Both the position numbers and the translations under genes were made by a program. From the NCBI GenBank assembly GCA_034530615.2, contig JAVRCV020000028.1, positions 32,001 through 96,000 of the forward strand: a stretch of 64,000 nucleotides of DNA, written 5' to 3'. Below the pieces are notes generated by a model. It searched no databases, was not told where the DNA came from, and saw only the letters and a list, made by a program, of their open reading frames with translations. Position 1 is the stretch's first letter. Every line of letters starts with the position of its first letter. Below, one piece after another: positions 63,668 to 64,000 of the stretch. Origin of the DNA: Aulosira sp. ZfuVER01. Its GTDB lineage: Bacteria; Cyanobacteriota; Cyanobacteriia; Cyanobacteriales; Nostocaceae.

Positions 63668-63876
63668 TTAAAGGTGTAACGTTCGTGTTTAAAGGTGCAG
63701 CTTCCGGCATCAAAGGCGCAACGTTAAGGCTAAAAGGTGCAATTTTCGACATTAAAGGCGCAACGTTGAGGCTAAAAGGTGCAACTCCGATATAAAAGGC
63801 GCAACATTCATGTTTAAAGGTGTAATCTCCAAGTTCCAAGGCGCAATGTTCAGGTTTAACGGCGTAATTGACGTGT
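63668..63876. repeat. Ten-unit 21-bp tandem array
   Basis: Units such as ttaaaggcgcaacgttgaggc and taaaaggtgcaattttcgaca; one unit is 20 bp. Confidence 0.85.
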
Positions 63877-63947
63877 TCACAACCCCAACCTCCGCGCTCA
63901 AAAGTTCAATCCCAATGCCCAATGCCCGATGCCCGATGCCCCATTCC

Positions 63948-63998
63948 CTACTGATAACCCGCCGCTTGTAACAAGAATAACCTGGCATATTGTCCCCC
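63948..63998 (-). CDS. C-terminal end of a probable ABC-transporter ATP-binding protein (rest outside window)
   Basis: Manual translation GGQYARLFLLQAAGYQ*, typical of ABC exporter tails. Confidence 0.55.
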   Translation of the reverse strand, partial: GGQYARLFLLQAAGYQ

Positions 63999-64000
63999 TG

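Larger units (their letters stand above)
1..64000. repeat. HIP1 octamer GCGATCGC dispersed throughout
   Basis: About 50 copies counted by eye (e.g. near 3421, 9662, 18746, 39181, 51244), far above chance. Confidence 0.9.

Noticed and set aside
63668..63876. Possible mini-CRISPR or coding ORFs in the 21-bp array
   Set aside because: Variable parts are only about 9 bp and related to each other; the ORFs arise from 21-bp periodicity and are broken by a 20-bp unit.

Overview
A 64 kb chromosomal window from a heterocyst-forming cyanobacterium (Nostocales). This is indicated by roughly 50 HIP1 GCGATCGC sites counted by eye, STRR heptamer repeats, patD and a hetZ-related gene. Most of it is housekeeping: probable mcdAB carboxysome-positioning pair, rbfA, larC, glgP, glgA, type-2 NADH dehydrogenase, glcE/glcF, a RelA/SpoT homologue, and psb34 (missed by the ORF track). 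The accessory or unusual parts are: (1) a multiply inactivated Dam-type GATC methyltransferase lying tail-to-tail with an intact PD-(D/E)XK nuclease gene; (2) an orphan CRISPR array whose degenerate trailer repeat abuts the stop codon of a VapC-type toxin gene; (3) a DUF928 / TpsA / TpsA / TpsB / TPR-CHAT cluster whose two TpsA paralogues show a shared identical tract, internal deletions and a helical-repeat expansion; (4) a stand-alone C-A-T-TE NRPS; (5) a three-tier nested MITE that supplies the C-terminus of a GDPD; (6) a 21-bp higher-order tandem array bracketed by inverted STRRs. All calls come from motif recognition by eye; no database searches were run.
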